A stretch of 64,000 bases of DNA from positions 160,385 through 224,384 of the forward strand of contig CALHND010000005.1 in assembly GCA_938034875.1 (NCBI GenBank), read 5' to 3'. Under the pieces are notes generated by a model. It saw only the letters and a list, made by a program, of their open reading frames with translations. It did no database searches and was not told where the DNA came from. The DNA comes from an uncultured Clostridia bacterium. GTDB taxonomy: Bacteria > Bacillota > Clostridia > Oscillospirales > Acutalibacteraceae. The position numbers were made by a program, and so were the translations under genes. Below are positions 19,368-29,187 of this stretch, piece after piece (position 1 is the first letter of the stretch; every line of letters begins with the position of its first letter).

Positions 19368-21557
19368 TTATGCTATTTTTATATCCCAACCGGCGAGATA
19401 GCGGTCTAACATAACGCCGTCCCAGTCGGTTATTTCACCGTCTCCGTCAATATCCAATGCTTTCAATTCCGAAATTTCTACATCCCATCCTGCTAAATAT
19501 CGTGCCAGCATAACGCCGTCCCAGTCGGTTATTACACCGTCGCCGTCAACGTCGCCCAATATGTACTTTGTACGTCCGCATAAATCACAAATATCATCGT
19601 CGCCAAAATCGTGTTCAATTTCTCTTATTTCTCCGCATTTTTCGCAGCTGGGATCGCATACATCTTTGTATTCATGCTCGGTTTGTCTTTCATAACTACA
19701 TTCGTTACAATTAGGGTCGCAATCATTGTCAAATGTATGGTCGCTTACATCGCTTCTTACCCAGTCGCAATTCTCGCAAGTAGCGTCGTCACAACCCGTA
19801 TACGAATGCTCTGTTACACAGGTGTTATAATGCCATGTAACGGTTTCCAGCTCGTTATTATCCGAAAAGATAGATATTTTTTGTCTATCACTTTGAGAAC
19901 CGGTATACCACAAATCAGTCAAACTGGTGCATTCAAGAAATGCACCTTCACCTATGCTTGTTACGCCCTTTCCAATTATTACGTTGGTAAGGCCTGTGCA
20001 TTCAAAAAATGCTCCTTCGCCTATGCTTGTTACGCTGTCAGGAATTGTGATGCCTGTAAGGCCCTCGCAATATTCAAACATACAGTTTCCTATGCTTTTT
20101 ACGCCATTAGAAATTGTTACACTGGTAAGAGATGTACAGCCAGAAAACACACAATCACCTATGCTTGTTACATTGGCGGGAATAGTGACGCTTTTAAGCT
20201 GAGTGCACATGGCAAATGCACCTTCCCCTATGCTTGTTACGCTATTAGGAATTGTGATGCTTGTAAGGCTCTCGCAAAATTCAAACATACCGTTTCCTAT
20301 GCTTTTTATGCCATTAGAAATTGTTGCACTGGTAAGAGCTATACAGCAAGAAAACACATAATCACCCATGCTTGTTACATTGGCTGGAATAGTGATGCTT
20401 TTAAGCTGAGTGCAGCTGGCAAATGCACCTTCCCCTATGCTTGTTACGCTGTCGGGAATTGTGATGCTTGTAAGGCTCTCGCAACCGACAAATGCACCAT
20501 AACCTATGTTTTTTACGCCATTAGAAATTGTTACACTGGTAAGAGCAGTACATAAGGCAAACGCAGAATCACCTATGCTTGTTACGCTATCGGGGATTGT
20601 TATGCTTGTAAGGCTCACGCAACCGCCAAATGCACCTTCGCCTATGCTTGTTACGCCATTAGGAATTGTTGCACTGGTAAGTGCTGTACATAAAGCAAAC
20701 GCATAATCACCTATACTTGTTACACTATTAGGAATTGTGACACTTTTAAGACTTTCGCAACCATAAAACGCAAATGTATTTATACTTGTCACTTTGTTCG
20801 GAATGGTGACGCTGGTAAGAGCATAACACTCAGCAAACGCACCTTCGCCTAAATATGTTACACTGTTAGGGATTGTGGCACTTTTAAGACTTTCGCATAA
20901 ATTAAACGCATAATCACCTATACTTGTCACGCTGTTCGGAATGGTGATGCTGGTGAAAGCACACTCACTAAACGCAGCATAGCCTATATATGTTACACTG
21001 TTAGGGATTGTAACACTTTTAAGACCTTTGCATAAATCAAATGCATAATCACCTATACTTTTTACACTGCTCGGAATGGTGACGCTGGTAAGAGCAGAAC
21101 ACTCAGCAAACACACCTTCGCTTAAATTTGTTACACTGTTAGGGATTGTGGCACTTTTAAGACTTTCGCATAAAGCAAACGCATAATCACCTATACTTTT
21201 TACACTGCTTGGAATGGTGACGCTGGCGAGATTACTACACCCAGCAAACGCATAATCACCTATATATGTCACACTGTTAGGAATAGTGATGCTGGTGATA
21301 TTATAACGATTACCAAACGCAGCTTCGCCTATGCTTGTTACCGTATTGCTGCCGAATTTTGAAGGAATTGATACATTGCCGCTTATGGCTTCGTTAACAT
21401 ACACAATAGTTGCTTTTGAGTTAGCCACTGTATATAAATAATCTCCACTGGAATAATATTCGCTGGTATCCGCACTCGCGCTTAGTCCGGCCATCCCAAA
21501 AGGCAAAATGGAAACAACCAATACAAACGCTAAAACAATTGATAAAAATTTCTTCAT
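19368..21557 (-). CDS. BspA-type leucine-rich repeat protein with a C-terminal type-I dockerin (paralog)
   Basis: Same architecture as the neighbouring gene; 729 aa. Dockerin segments [24 protein letters not shown] and [24 protein letters not shown]. Confidence 0.8.
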   Translation of the reverse strand: MKKFLSIVLAFVLVVSILPFGMAGLSASADTSEYYSSGDYLYTVANSKATIVYVNEAISGNVSIPSKFGSNTVTSIGEAAFGNRYNITSITIPNSVTYIGDYAFAGCSNLASVTIPSSVKSIGDYAFALCESLKSATIPNSVTNLSEGVFAECSALTSVTIPSSVKSIGDYAFDLCKGLKSVTIPNSVTYIGYAAFSECAFTSITIPNSVTSIGDYAFNLCESLKSATIPNSVTYLGEGAFAECYALTSVTIPNKVTSINTFAFYGCESLKSVTIPNSVTSIGDYAFALCTALTSATIPNGVTSIGEGAFGGCVSLTSITIPDSVTSIGDSAFALCTALTSVTISNGVKNIGYGAFVGCESLTSITIPDSVTSIGEGAFASCTQLKSITIPANVTSMGDYVFSCCIALTSATISNGIKSIGNGMFEFCESLTSITIPNSVTSIGEGAFAMCTQLKSVTIPANVTSIGDCVFSGCTSLTSVTISNGVKSIGNCMFEYCEGLTGITIPDSVTSIGEGAFFECTGLTNVIIGKGVTSIGEGAFLECTSLTDLWYTGSQSDRQKISIFSDNNELETVTWHYNTCVTEHSYTGCDDATCENCDWVRSDVSDHTFDNDCDPNCNECSYERQTEHEYKDVCDPSCEKCGEIREIEHDFGDDDICDLCGRTKYILGDVDGDGVITDWDGVMLARYLAGWDVEISELKALDIDGDGEITDWDGVMLDRYLAGWDIKIA
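19900..21420. repeat. tandem ~69-bp coding repeats (LRR units), paralogous array
   Basis: The same unit as in 17700-19250, repeated more than 20 times. Confidence 0.7.
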
Positions 21558-22485
21558 TTCTGATCTTTCCTTCGTTTATTTGGCTTAATGGCCAAATTAA
21601 TAATTTGATTGAATAACGATAACGCCGTAAAAGTACTGTGATTATGCTACATCCAACGGTTTAAGATATCCACGTCAACATTTGCAATAACTTTGTCTCT
21701 ACAGCAGGTTATGGCCTCTGTAATATGACCGTCGGTTATTACAGGGCCTTCTGACTGCTTTTAATTTAACTTTGTATTTCCACATCGGTTTTGTTTACTA
21801 TTAAGCTGTCGCCAGGAGTAGATTAAAACCGGCAAAACATGACATTATTACAAAAGAAGAAATAATAGCAAGTGTTTTATTTTACATAATCTCATTTCTC
21901 CTTTTAAAGAAGGGACTTGCAGTGCACAAACGTTACCTCAATAAACCCAACGTCGAAGCAATTGCAGTTTTTTGAAAATATTTATAATAGTACCAAATAT
22001 GGCAATTTTTGTCAACAGTTATTTTGGTGTATTTCATTGATATTGAAATATAGATTGTTTATTTTATTATTGTGTGGTTTTACACAACTTCCAAATCTAA
22101 ATTTAATATGAGTATTTCATACAAACTCAAAAGCGTTTCTGTCGATTTACTCCTTTTGATGCTTTTGCGATAAAAGATATGTATGGATATAAAATTACGC
22201 AGGAGTTTGAGAAAAAGTAGCATCGGACGGTACAAACATCACTAAGAAACCAGCTCAGTTGGTAAACTATTATTATCGATTAAATATATTCGTAAAAACA
22301 TTCTTATATACTTTAAAAAGTGTTGAAGGTGCTTGTGTGGAATGCATATAATATTTATACTGCAAAAACTATTAAATACAGAAAAAAAAACCATTTACCT
22401 AAACTTAATGATACGGTATTAATGCCAACTATATCTAATGAACAGATAATTATTAAGGTGATATAACTGTATGAGGTGACTAATA

Positions 22486-22689
22486 ATGAATGAAAATGCA
22501 TTGACTACATTTAAAAAATTTCTAAGACCGTCTTTGTTTATTCTTGGCGGGTCGTTGCTCGGATTTTTGTACTATATACTCTTTGGTTGTACTAACGGGT
22601 GTGCAATCCAATCGAATCCGTATCTGATGGTTGTTTACGGAGCCGTTATGGCGTTTCTTATTTCGGTAATAATTAAAAAGGAGAAATGA
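22486..22689 (+). CDS. small two-TM membrane protein upstream of ccdA
   Basis: 67 aa, two hydrophobic helices and a CTNGC motif. The stop abuts the ccdA start. Confidence 0.35.
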   Translation: MNENALTTFKKFLRPSLFILGGSLLGFLYYILFGCTNGCAIQSNPYLMVVYGAVMAFLISVIIKKEK

Positions 22690-22693
22690 CAAA

Positions 22694-23359
22694 ATGCAAT
22701 ACATTATTTTATTTCTAGAAGGCATTATTACTTTTATTTCTCCCTGCCTTTTACCAATGCTTCCGATATACATTTCGTATTTTGCAGGAGGAGAAAAAGA
22801 GCGACCGTTAAAGAAAACATTAATCAATGCGTTTGGTTTTGTTCTGGGATTTACCGTAGTTTTTGTAATGCTCGGCGCTTTGGCTGGTACTGTCGGCAGC
22901 TTTTTAAGGCAACATACCGTCGCTGTTAATCTTATAACCGGACTTATTGTTGTATTCTTTGGGCTTAATTTCATGGGCGTATTCAAGTTGAATTTATTTC
23001 ATGGTATAAAGAATCCGTTTGCCGGAAAAGAACTTGGTTTTATTTCGGCGGTTCTATTCGGAATCATTTTCTCTATCGGTTGGACACCATGTGTAGGAGC
23101 GTTTCTGGGCTCTGCATTGATGCTTGCATCACAACAAGGTCATGTGATTAAAGGTATTCTTATGTTGCTTATCTATTCACTTGGACTCGGCATTCCGTTT
23201 ATCGCAAGCGCGTTGCTTATTGATAAACTTAAGGGTGTGTTTGGATGGATAAAAAATCATTACACAGTGATAAATATAGTCTGTGGCGGGTTGCTTACCG
23301 CTATCGGCATTTTAATGATGACAGGCTTGCTTGGACGATTCCTAGCATTACTCGGATAA
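22694..23359 (+). CDS. ccdA: cytochrome c-type biogenesis / thiol-disulfide transporter CcdA (DsbD core)
   Basis: Conserved FISPCLLPMLPIY and a second Cys in WTPCVGAFLG. Six TM helices. 221 aa. Confidence 0.8.
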   Translation: MQYIILFLEGIITFISPCLLPMLPIYISYFAGGEKERPLKKTLINAFGFVLGFTVVFVMLGALAGTVGSFLRQHTVAVNLITGLIVVFFGLNFMGVFKLNLFHGIKNPFAGKELGFISAVLFGIIFSIGWTPCVGAFLGSALMLASQQGHVIKGILMLLIYSLGLGIPFIASALLIDKLKGVFGWIKNHYTVINIVCGGLLTAIGILMMTGLLGRFLALLG

Positions 23360-23372
23360 AGGAGACTTTTAA

Positions 23373-23969
23373 ATGAATAAAACAACAAAGTTGCTTGCGG
23401 TCGTACTAATAGCGGTGATTGCGTTTATTGGTGTATATTTCTTATACACCAATTTATCCGGCAGGTATACCACAGATAATCTGCTGACCGAACAACAGCA
23501 AACAGATAAAACGGATGCCGCAGGCAGCCATCAGTCACAAGAATATTCACATAACCCTGCTCCCGACTTTTCGGTTATTGACGGTAATGGCAATAAAATA
23601 AAGCTGTCTGACATGAAGGGCAAACCAGTCGTTATTAACTTCTGGGCGACATGGTGTTATTACTGTAAGGTAGAGATGCCGGATTTTGAGGAGATGTATA
23701 AGCAGTACGGCGAAGACGTGCAGTTTATGATGGTCGATTTGACCGATGGAAAACGCGAAACCCTTGATGGTGCAAAAAAGCATATAAGTGATAACGGATT
23801 CACTTTCCCTGTATATTTTGATACCGATTCAGAAGCCGCGAAAGCATACAGCATTTCAGGAATACCTGCGACATATTTTATTGATGCCGAAGGTAATCTT
23901 ATTACCTATGTAAACGGTATGGTTGATGCGGAATTAATTGAAAAAGGAATTAAAATGATTACCAAATAA
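23373..23969 (+). CDS. TlpA/ResA-like thiol-disulfide oxidoreductase (membrane-anchored thioredoxin)
   Basis: N-terminal TM anchor and thioredoxin fold with the CxxC active site (VINFWATWCYYCKVEMP). Confidence 0.8.
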   Translation: MNKTTKLLAVVLIAVIAFIGVYFLYTNLSGRYTTDNLLTEQQQTDKTDAAGSHQSQEYSHNPAPDFSVIDGNGNKIKLSDMKGKPVVINFWATWCYYCKVEMPDFEEMYKQYGEDVQFMMVDLTDGKRETLDGAKKHISDNGFTFPVYFDTDSEAAKAYSISGIPATYFIDAEGNLITYVNGMVDAELIEKGIKMITK

Positions 23970-24035
23970 CTTCATTCAATAGAAAAAACGAAGTGATTGC
24001 TTTGACCAAAGAAACCCTTACTAAAGAAAGACTAA

Positions 24036-24380
24036 AAAGCGACTTATGTGTGACCGCCTGCTTTAGTGAGACGGTTTGCAGAATCATACTCGTATTCAGA
24101 GTAACCATTGGACAACATATTACCATCCGAATCGTGAGATACTGTCTTGCCGTTGAATACTGCCAGGCGGTTATTGGTATCATAGCCAAAACGGTCATTA
24201 GGTGCATCGGTAATATTACCTGCGGCATCGTAGGTGTAATTTTCTTCAGATACTACACAATCACAGCTAAGGCTGATAATCTGACGCTTTGTTACCTTGT
24301 TTAAATTATTATCATTTTAACATATTTTGGTATTTTTTTTGCAAGATAAAAAAGAACGGTTGGATCTTACACCAACCGTT
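24036..24380 (-). repeat. RHS junction repeat, copy A (YD-coding segment + leader + terminator hairpin)
   Basis: Near-identical to 29140-29405 (copy C) over ~250 nt except a ~30-nt divergent patch. The minus-strand reading ...YTYDAAGNITDAPNDRFGYD...SNGYSEYEYDSANRLTKAGGHT hits a stop at ~24047. Confidence 0.75.
24047..24290 (-). pseudogene. truncated RHS/YD-repeat fragment (relic cassette head)
   Basis: About 65 codons of YD-repeat sequence with no start codon upstream (in-frame TAA in the leader) and a premature end. Confidence 0.6.
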
Positions 24381-24453
24381 CTAGTTAGAAAGGAGTCTTT
24401 TAAAACGAAAACTTGAATAATTTTTGTTAACACAAAAGAACCGTACCTCTGTG

Positions 24454-25095
24454 TTAAGTGTCAAAGGCTATATGAAGTTTTTTTATATAATATAGTTTAA
24501 TTGCATCAAAAACTCCTAATATAACAAACACCGATGACAGAAGTATCAATAGTGCACTACAAAGCAGCAATGCAACATTTTGATCCATAGCAACATTTAA
24601 TTTTTTTAAAATTATATATGTAGCAATTGATATTGATCCTGATATATAAGCTAATGAACCATTTTTACTTTTAGTTGACGTTGCTTTTTCCTTTTTTATG
24701 TATTTCAAAGTAAATAGTATTGTCAGTGTCGCCACTAAAATGAGTGGTAAAGATAACAAAATTAAGCTTAATTGCACTTTGTTATACATAGAATACAATA
24801 TCATTGCAAATAGTAAATAATTAATAGCAGTAAACACATTTAAACATATACTAGATTTAATTGTACGAATAACAGTATACTTTTTTGTTAGAATAACAAT
24901 TAAAATAAATGAAAAAAATATTGAAAACGCTATTACAGCAGAGAACACTTTGTAAACATGGCCTAATATTATACCACATACAATACTAATAATTGGAAAA
25001 AAATTGACCAAAAATAAATTTAAACGCATTTTTCTAGGCTCTTTATCCAAGGTGTTTTCAATAAAAACTCTAATGCTATCTTCCAACTCAATCAC
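24454..25095 (-). CDS. polytopic membrane protein, putative immunity protein
   Basis: 213 aa, ~6 TM helices, very AT-rich. Lies directly downstream of a Gly-zipper peptide ORF and ends at the conserved terminator hairpin. Confidence 0.4.
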   Translation of the reverse strand: MIELEDSIRVFIENTLDKEPRKMRLNLFLVNFFPIISIVCGIILGHVYKVFSAVIAFSIFFSFILIVILTKKYTVIRTIKSSICLNVFTAINYLLFAMILYSMYNKVQLSLILLSLPLILVATLTILFTLKYIKKEKATSTKSKNGSLAYISGSISIATYIILKKLNVAMDQNVALLLCSALLILLSSVFVILGVFDAIKLYYIKKLHIAFDT

Positions 25096-25097
25096 TC

Positions 25098-25298
25098 CTA
25101 ATCAAACCATCCGCGTATTCCGTCAACAACCCAATCTAATCCTTCTTTACCCCAGTCAACTACTGTTTTTCCATTGATCTTTAAGACATCGGAAAGCGCA
25201 TAACTTACTAAGCCTACTCCTACACCAACGGCAATACCAATCGCTGTTCCCACACCAGGAGTTGCTACTGTTCCGATGGCTCCAAAGATTTTTGTCAA
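25098..25298 (-). CDS. glycine-zipper peptide (putative displaced pore-forming toxin tip or bacteriocin-like)
   Basis: GAIGTVATPGVGTAIGIAVGVGVGLVSYAL contains repeated GxxxG/AxxxG motifs. It resembles the C-terminal tip of the RHS module at 27805-28100. The start is non-ATG (TTG). Confidence 0.35.
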   Translation of the reverse strand: MTKIFGAIGTVATPGVGTAIGIAVGVGVGLVSYALSDVLKINGKTVVDWGKEGLDWVVDGIRGWFD

Positions 25299-25344
25299 GA
25301 CCCAGAACTGCCCGCTGTTTTAGAACCGTTCCTGTGTATTCCGA

Positions 25345-25707
25345 TTACTGCCGAACCTGTTCAGCTGGGTTAATTCTAATATACCAATTATCATCAATTA
25401 ATGTGACATCAAAATCTTGACCAATATAATTCAATAAATAAGCAAGTGATTCTCCCTCTTCTTCTACGTAAAACATTACTACTTCATGATTATTGCATAG
25501 AAAAACAAAAAATAATGAACTTTGTGTTTTCCCTATTTCATATGGTCGACATTGATTTAGAAAAAGACAAATAGTTTCATATTCTTTTTCAGTAAGGTAC
25601 TCATCTCTTTTAGGAATTTCTGGACTAAAAATTGATTTTCTATTTATAGAATAAAGGTAATCGAATATTTCGTTATCTTTTAGTATACTAGTAATTTCTG
25701 TGAACAA
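25345..25707 (-). CDS. small cytoplasmic protein, putative immunity/orphan cassette ORF
   Basis: 120-aa AT-rich ORF inside the degenerate cassette B; no recognisable motif. Confidence 0.3.
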   Translation of the reverse strand: MFTEITSILKDNEIFDYLYSINRKSIFSPEIPKRDEYLTEKEYETICLFLNQCRPYEIGKTQSSLFFVFLCNNHEVVMFYVEEEGESLAYLLNYIGQDFDVTLIDDNWYIRINPAEQVRQ

Positions 25708-25848
25708 TTCTCTTTTGTTAAAAAAACTTCTTCTACAGAATCAGGGGTACTGTAAACTTGGGGATCATACTCATCTTCATGAAAACATGAACATAATACA
25801 AAACTTATAAATATCAATATTACAATAACAAATATAATTATTTTGCTT

Positions 25849-26052
25849 CTATGGGAGTGTTCTGTTGATACCAGGTTTGGCGTTTGGATAGTCATCATAA
25901 TAGAAATCTATTCCTTTCTTTATTGCGATATGGTCTTTCTCTGAATCTCCATAATATATTGAAGCATCTCGCACTTCTTCCGAAAAAATGTTTTTTAATC
26001 CTTTCGAAGGAACTCCTCCACCCCAGTACAATGTAACATCGCCAATACCCAT
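25849..26052 (-). pseudogene. degenerate toxin-tip fragment of cassette B
   Basis: Reading out of the junction frame gives ...GNITYGYLGSAMGIGDVTLYWGGGVPSKGLK... A frame-shifting indel relative to copies A and C places a stop 11 codons after the junction. Confidence 0.35.
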
Positions 26053-26072
26053 TGCGCTACCTAAATATCCAT

Positions 26073-26250
26073 AGGTAATATTGCCGGCCGCTTCGAGGTG
26101 TAATTTTCTTCAGATACTACACAATCACAGCTAAGGCTGATAATCTGACGCTTTGTTACCTTGTTTAAATTATTATCATTTTAACATATTTTGGTATTTT
26201 CTGCAAGATAAAAAAGAACGGTTGGTTTTTAATCCAACCGTTCTTTTTTC
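26073..26250 (-). repeat. RHS junction repeat, copy B (shortened)
   Basis: Shares ggtgtaattttcttcagatactacacaatcacagctaaggctgataatctgacgctttgttaccttgtttaaattattatcattttaacatattttggtattttctgcaagataaaaaagaacggttgg with copy A, including the terminator hairpin. Confidence 0.75.
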
Positions 26251-26344
26251 AAATTGTTACAAAGGAGACTCATTCCCTGTCTCCCATTCGTTTTGATATC
26301 CACATCATTCGTAAACGCAATTTATTTGTTTCTCAAAGCATAAT

Positions 26345-27676
26345 TTATTTATTCGTTGTTTTAGGAACAATTTCAATATAATCAACAAAAAACAAATATT
26401 TATTATTATTCACCTTAAGCTCTCTAACACGATATGCATCAGCATCTGCAATTTCACTTTGCGTTAAAACAAATCCTAAATAATATTCGCTTACTGGGCT
26501 TTTTAAACAATAATACTCCCCTAAATCAAGGTCTTCCTCTATCGAAAGAATGTCAACAGTTTGACTATTGTCACTGAATACAATTTCAACCAGATGAATA
26601 CAATTATTTTCAACTATCAATCCAAGTGAATCCACAAAAATCTCATCTTTGTACAAATTAAAATAATCTAATATTATAGCATCTTCATAATGCAGAGTTA
26701 CTGCACGACTTAATTTTTTTTCAAAATCACTGATGTCACTATCATTTTTTACATTCAAAAAGCAACCTACCACTGAAAAAACAACAACTATAACAATGCC
26801 AATTCTTTTTACCAATTTACTTTTTTTTATTCTTTTTTCAGTTTTATTATCATATATTTGAAAATTTGTATCTGGAAGAACTTCTACATCAAATAAGGAA
26901 ACCGGCTGTTCCTGTTCTATTGCCATAAGATATTTTTTAGAAAGGGTTGCATAGTCCATCCGAGGCGCAATGGAGATAATATTTTCAAAAAAGCTTTTTG
27001 CCTCCTTAAAATCTCCATTTTCATAACAAGCTATTGCATAAAAAAAATCATTTTGCAGTTTTCGCAGTTTTATATACCACACATTAGGTTTAAGTCCCAA
27101 ATTTCTTTCCTTGCATACAATTTTACACGCTTCGTAATTTTTATCCAAAAAATACCTATAATAGCTCCATACAGAATTAGATGAACTCAGGAAAGATTTT
27201 GATGGATAGTTTTCTTTATATTCATCATATTTTTTTAATAGAATTTGCAGTTTTTCAAAATCTCTTAATTCAAAATATATTAGAGCTAAAATACCTAAAT
27301 ATGAATACTTGCCCATTATTGAACTCTTTTTTTTTCGCATTTGAGTAGTTGCAATATTAACAGTTGTTTGATAATCACCCGTGCACATGGCAGCATTAAT
27401 ACGATAATCTAATGGCGGTATAAAAAATTTTCCTTTTATTAGTTCCTGAAATCCTATTGCATCGAGCTTTACAAACAAAACAGACGCTATTGTTTTATTA
27501 GCAACTATTCTTATAAGAAGTTTTACAGGAAAATAGAGTGCTGTACAAAACAATATAGACCAAACATTAGGATAAACAAATATACACGGAATAACTATGG
27601 CTATATAACATATTAAAATAAGAATACATTTGAAATAATATTGGCGCAATATGGCTTTTTGTGATGATGATTTCAT
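26345..27676 (-). CDS. membrane protein, putative immunity protein for the adjacent RHS toxin tip
   Basis: 443 aa. Two N-terminal TM helices and a mid-protein TM. AT-rich. Lies immediately downstream of the toxin module and is followed by the conserved hairpin. Confidence 0.45.
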   Translation of the reverse strand: MKSSSQKAILRQYYFKCILILICYIAIVIPCIFVYPNVWSILFCTALYFPVKLLIRIVANKTIASVLFVKLDAIGFQELIKGKFFIPPLDYRINAAMCTGDYQTTVNIATTQMRKKKSSIMGKYSYLGILALIYFELRDFEKLQILLKKYDEYKENYPSKSFLSSSNSVWSYYRYFLDKNYEACKIVCKERNLGLKPNVWYIKLRKLQNDFFYAIACYENGDFKEAKSFFENIISIAPRMDYATLSKKYLMAIEQEQPVSLFDVEVLPDTNFQIYDNKTEKRIKKSKLVKRIGIVIVVVFSVVGCFLNVKNDSDISDFEKKLSRAVTLHYEDAIILDYFNLYKDEIFVDSLGLIVENNCIHLVEIVFSDNSQTVDILSIEEDLDLGEYYCLKSPVSEYYLGFVLTQSEIADADAYRVRELKVNNNKYLFFVDYIEIVPKTTNK

Positions 27677-27804
27677 TATGAATCTCCTATCAAAACGAAT
27701 AAATATTTATGTACACATCCCATCAACAAGAGAGTGATGGGATGTGTTTTACAATTTAATTTTCACGATTGAAATCTATACCGTAAACAACTGGACAAAT
27801 TTAT

Positions 27805-29187
27805 CTATCCAGCGGTTGCGGTTGCACCAGTACTTGTTATCCAATTCCAAAAACTTGATGCCCAAGCGGAAATTTGATTACCCACGGTTGTGAGAGATTG
27901 CCCCGCATTCGCCCATGCTGTTGCTGCAGCTCCAATAGCAATAGGGTCATTCCAAGCTCCCATTCCGCAAGTTGCAATAGTTTCAGCCACTGCTACTCCT
28001 GCAACTGCTGAAAGTCCTACAGCAATTCCTAAATTTAAGAATATACTGCCCCAATCGGTAGACTCTTCTTTTCCAGGAACAGTGCCTGTCTCAGATTTAG
28101 AACCCTTGTTTTGATTATTTTTATTATTCCAAGAAGTCATCTCAACACTCGTTGACACTGAATTACCAAAGTTATCCGATGTATTAATGGTATAACCAAC
28201 AGACAAAGACGAGCCAGGAACCCCAGAAATATATACTGCCACTGTAGAATATCCATCAATATCAGCAGAGTATTCTATTTTAATTCCATCATCACTAACC
28301 GACATACTTCCATTCGACATATCAAATGAAATGCTACCCAGAATATCTATTTGATCAGAAACCACTGCAGATATTTCAGCATTTCCTAGTCCACTGCTCG
28401 CCTGTACAGAAAAACTTCCCTTACCATTCATTCCTATCAGGAACGAGAAACTCATCCCATTAGAAACACTGAAAATATTTTTAAAACTCATAAGTTGATC
28501 TAATGTACTTGCTAACAAATTGGTTGCAATTTTCAAATCATTTGGAGATTCAATATTACCCAAAATTTTATATAAAGAGTCAAAATCAACCGATCCTCTC
28601 TCCTCAGCCGCCAACCCAAACGGGTCAACATAGGAAACGGGGTTGCCGTTGACGTAGGAATAACGGTTAAGCGATGTGGAATTGGATATTTCACCGTGAA
28701 GAATATCGGCATTGATGAAACGGCGCATTACAGGACTGTAGTAACGAGCTCGCATATAATACAAGCCGTTTTTATCGGTAATTACACCGTCACGACCGTT
28801 GTAACCGAAGATTACGAAGCTATTACCTGTTCTGGAAATAAGCTTACCATAGGTATCATACTTAAAGGTATCGGTAATGTTGCCGTTGATATCGGTTATA
28901 GCTACTGTACTGCCTCTATAATCGAAATGGTAGGTCTTAAAACAACCTTCCTTTTCTTCGCCAATAAGACCGTGACCGTAAACATACTTGGTTGTAATAT
29001 CATTTGTAGTCTTTTGTAACAACTGACTTAACTTACAGTTGGTATTATAGGTATAAGTAGTATCAGCATCAGAGCAAAGATTGCGGATTCGTACATCCTC
29101 TGCATTATAAGTATATGTGTGGCCATCTGCTTTGATTAATCGATTTGCAGAATCATACTCGTATTCAGAGTAACCATTGGACAACAT
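27805..29187 (-). CDS. orphan RHS/YD-repeat C-terminal module with a variable toxin tip
   Basis: YD repeats (YTYNAEDVRI, YGHGLIGEE, YHFDYRGS) run into the RHS core end PVSYVDPFGL at ~28626. A ~270-aa variable C-terminal domain follows, rich in Ser/Gly, with a Gly-zipper-like end (GIAVGLSAVAGVAVAETIATCGMGAW...IAIGAAATAWANAG). The coding frame extends upstream to ~29400 with no start codon: the leader contains an in-frame TAA. Confidence 0.65.
   Translation of the reverse strand: MLSNGYSEYEYDSANRLIKADGHTYTYNAEDVRIRNLCSDADTTYTYNTNCKLSQLLQKTTNDITTKYVYGHGLIGEEKEGCFKTYHFDYRGSTVAITDINGNITDTFKYDTYGKLISRTGNSFVIFGYNGRDGVITDKNGLYYMRARYYSPVMRRFINADILHGEISNSTSLNRYSYVNGNPVSYVDPFGLAAEERGSVDFDSLYKILGNIESPNDLKIATNLLASTLDQLMSFKNIFSVSNGMSFSFLIGMNGKGSFSVQASSGLGNAEISAVVSDQIDILGSISFDMSNGSMSVSDDGIKIEYSADIDGYSTVAVYISGVPGSSLSVGYTINTSDNFGNSVSTSVEMTSWNNKNNQNKGSKSETGTVPGKEESTDWGSIFLNLGIAVGLSAVAGVAVAETIATCGMGAWNDPIAIGAAATAWANAGQSLTTVGNQISAWASSFWNWITSTGATATAG

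Noticed and set aside
19611-20555. 314-aa ORF, and other plus-strand ORFs of 70-110 aa (17885-18121, 18809-19135, 19927-20202, 20506-20706), inside the LRR genes
   Set aside because: These are opposite-strand reading frames kept open by the highly repetitive LRR coding units. The translations are low-complexity repeats (MLVTLSGIV…) with no start context.
17700-21420. Possible CRISPR array, because of regular ~69-bp repeats
   Set aside because: The repeats are in-frame coding units of LRR proteins. They are contiguous, with no unique spacers, and no cas genes are nearby.
21600-21800. Short reading frame (…PVITDGHITEAITCCRDKVIANVDVDILNRWM*) downstream of the second LRR gene
   Set aside because: Too short and without a start codon. 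It is probably a decayed gene fragment and is not reportable as a feature.
22236-22270. tRNA-like D-arm string (ccagctcagttggtaaac)
   Set aside because: No acceptor stem, anticodon arm or T-arm (GTTCGAATCC) can be built around it. At best it is a tRNA relic.
22522-22986. 154-aa minus-strand ORF
   Set aside because: It overlaps ccdA on the opposite strand. ccdA has clear family motifs; this frame has none.
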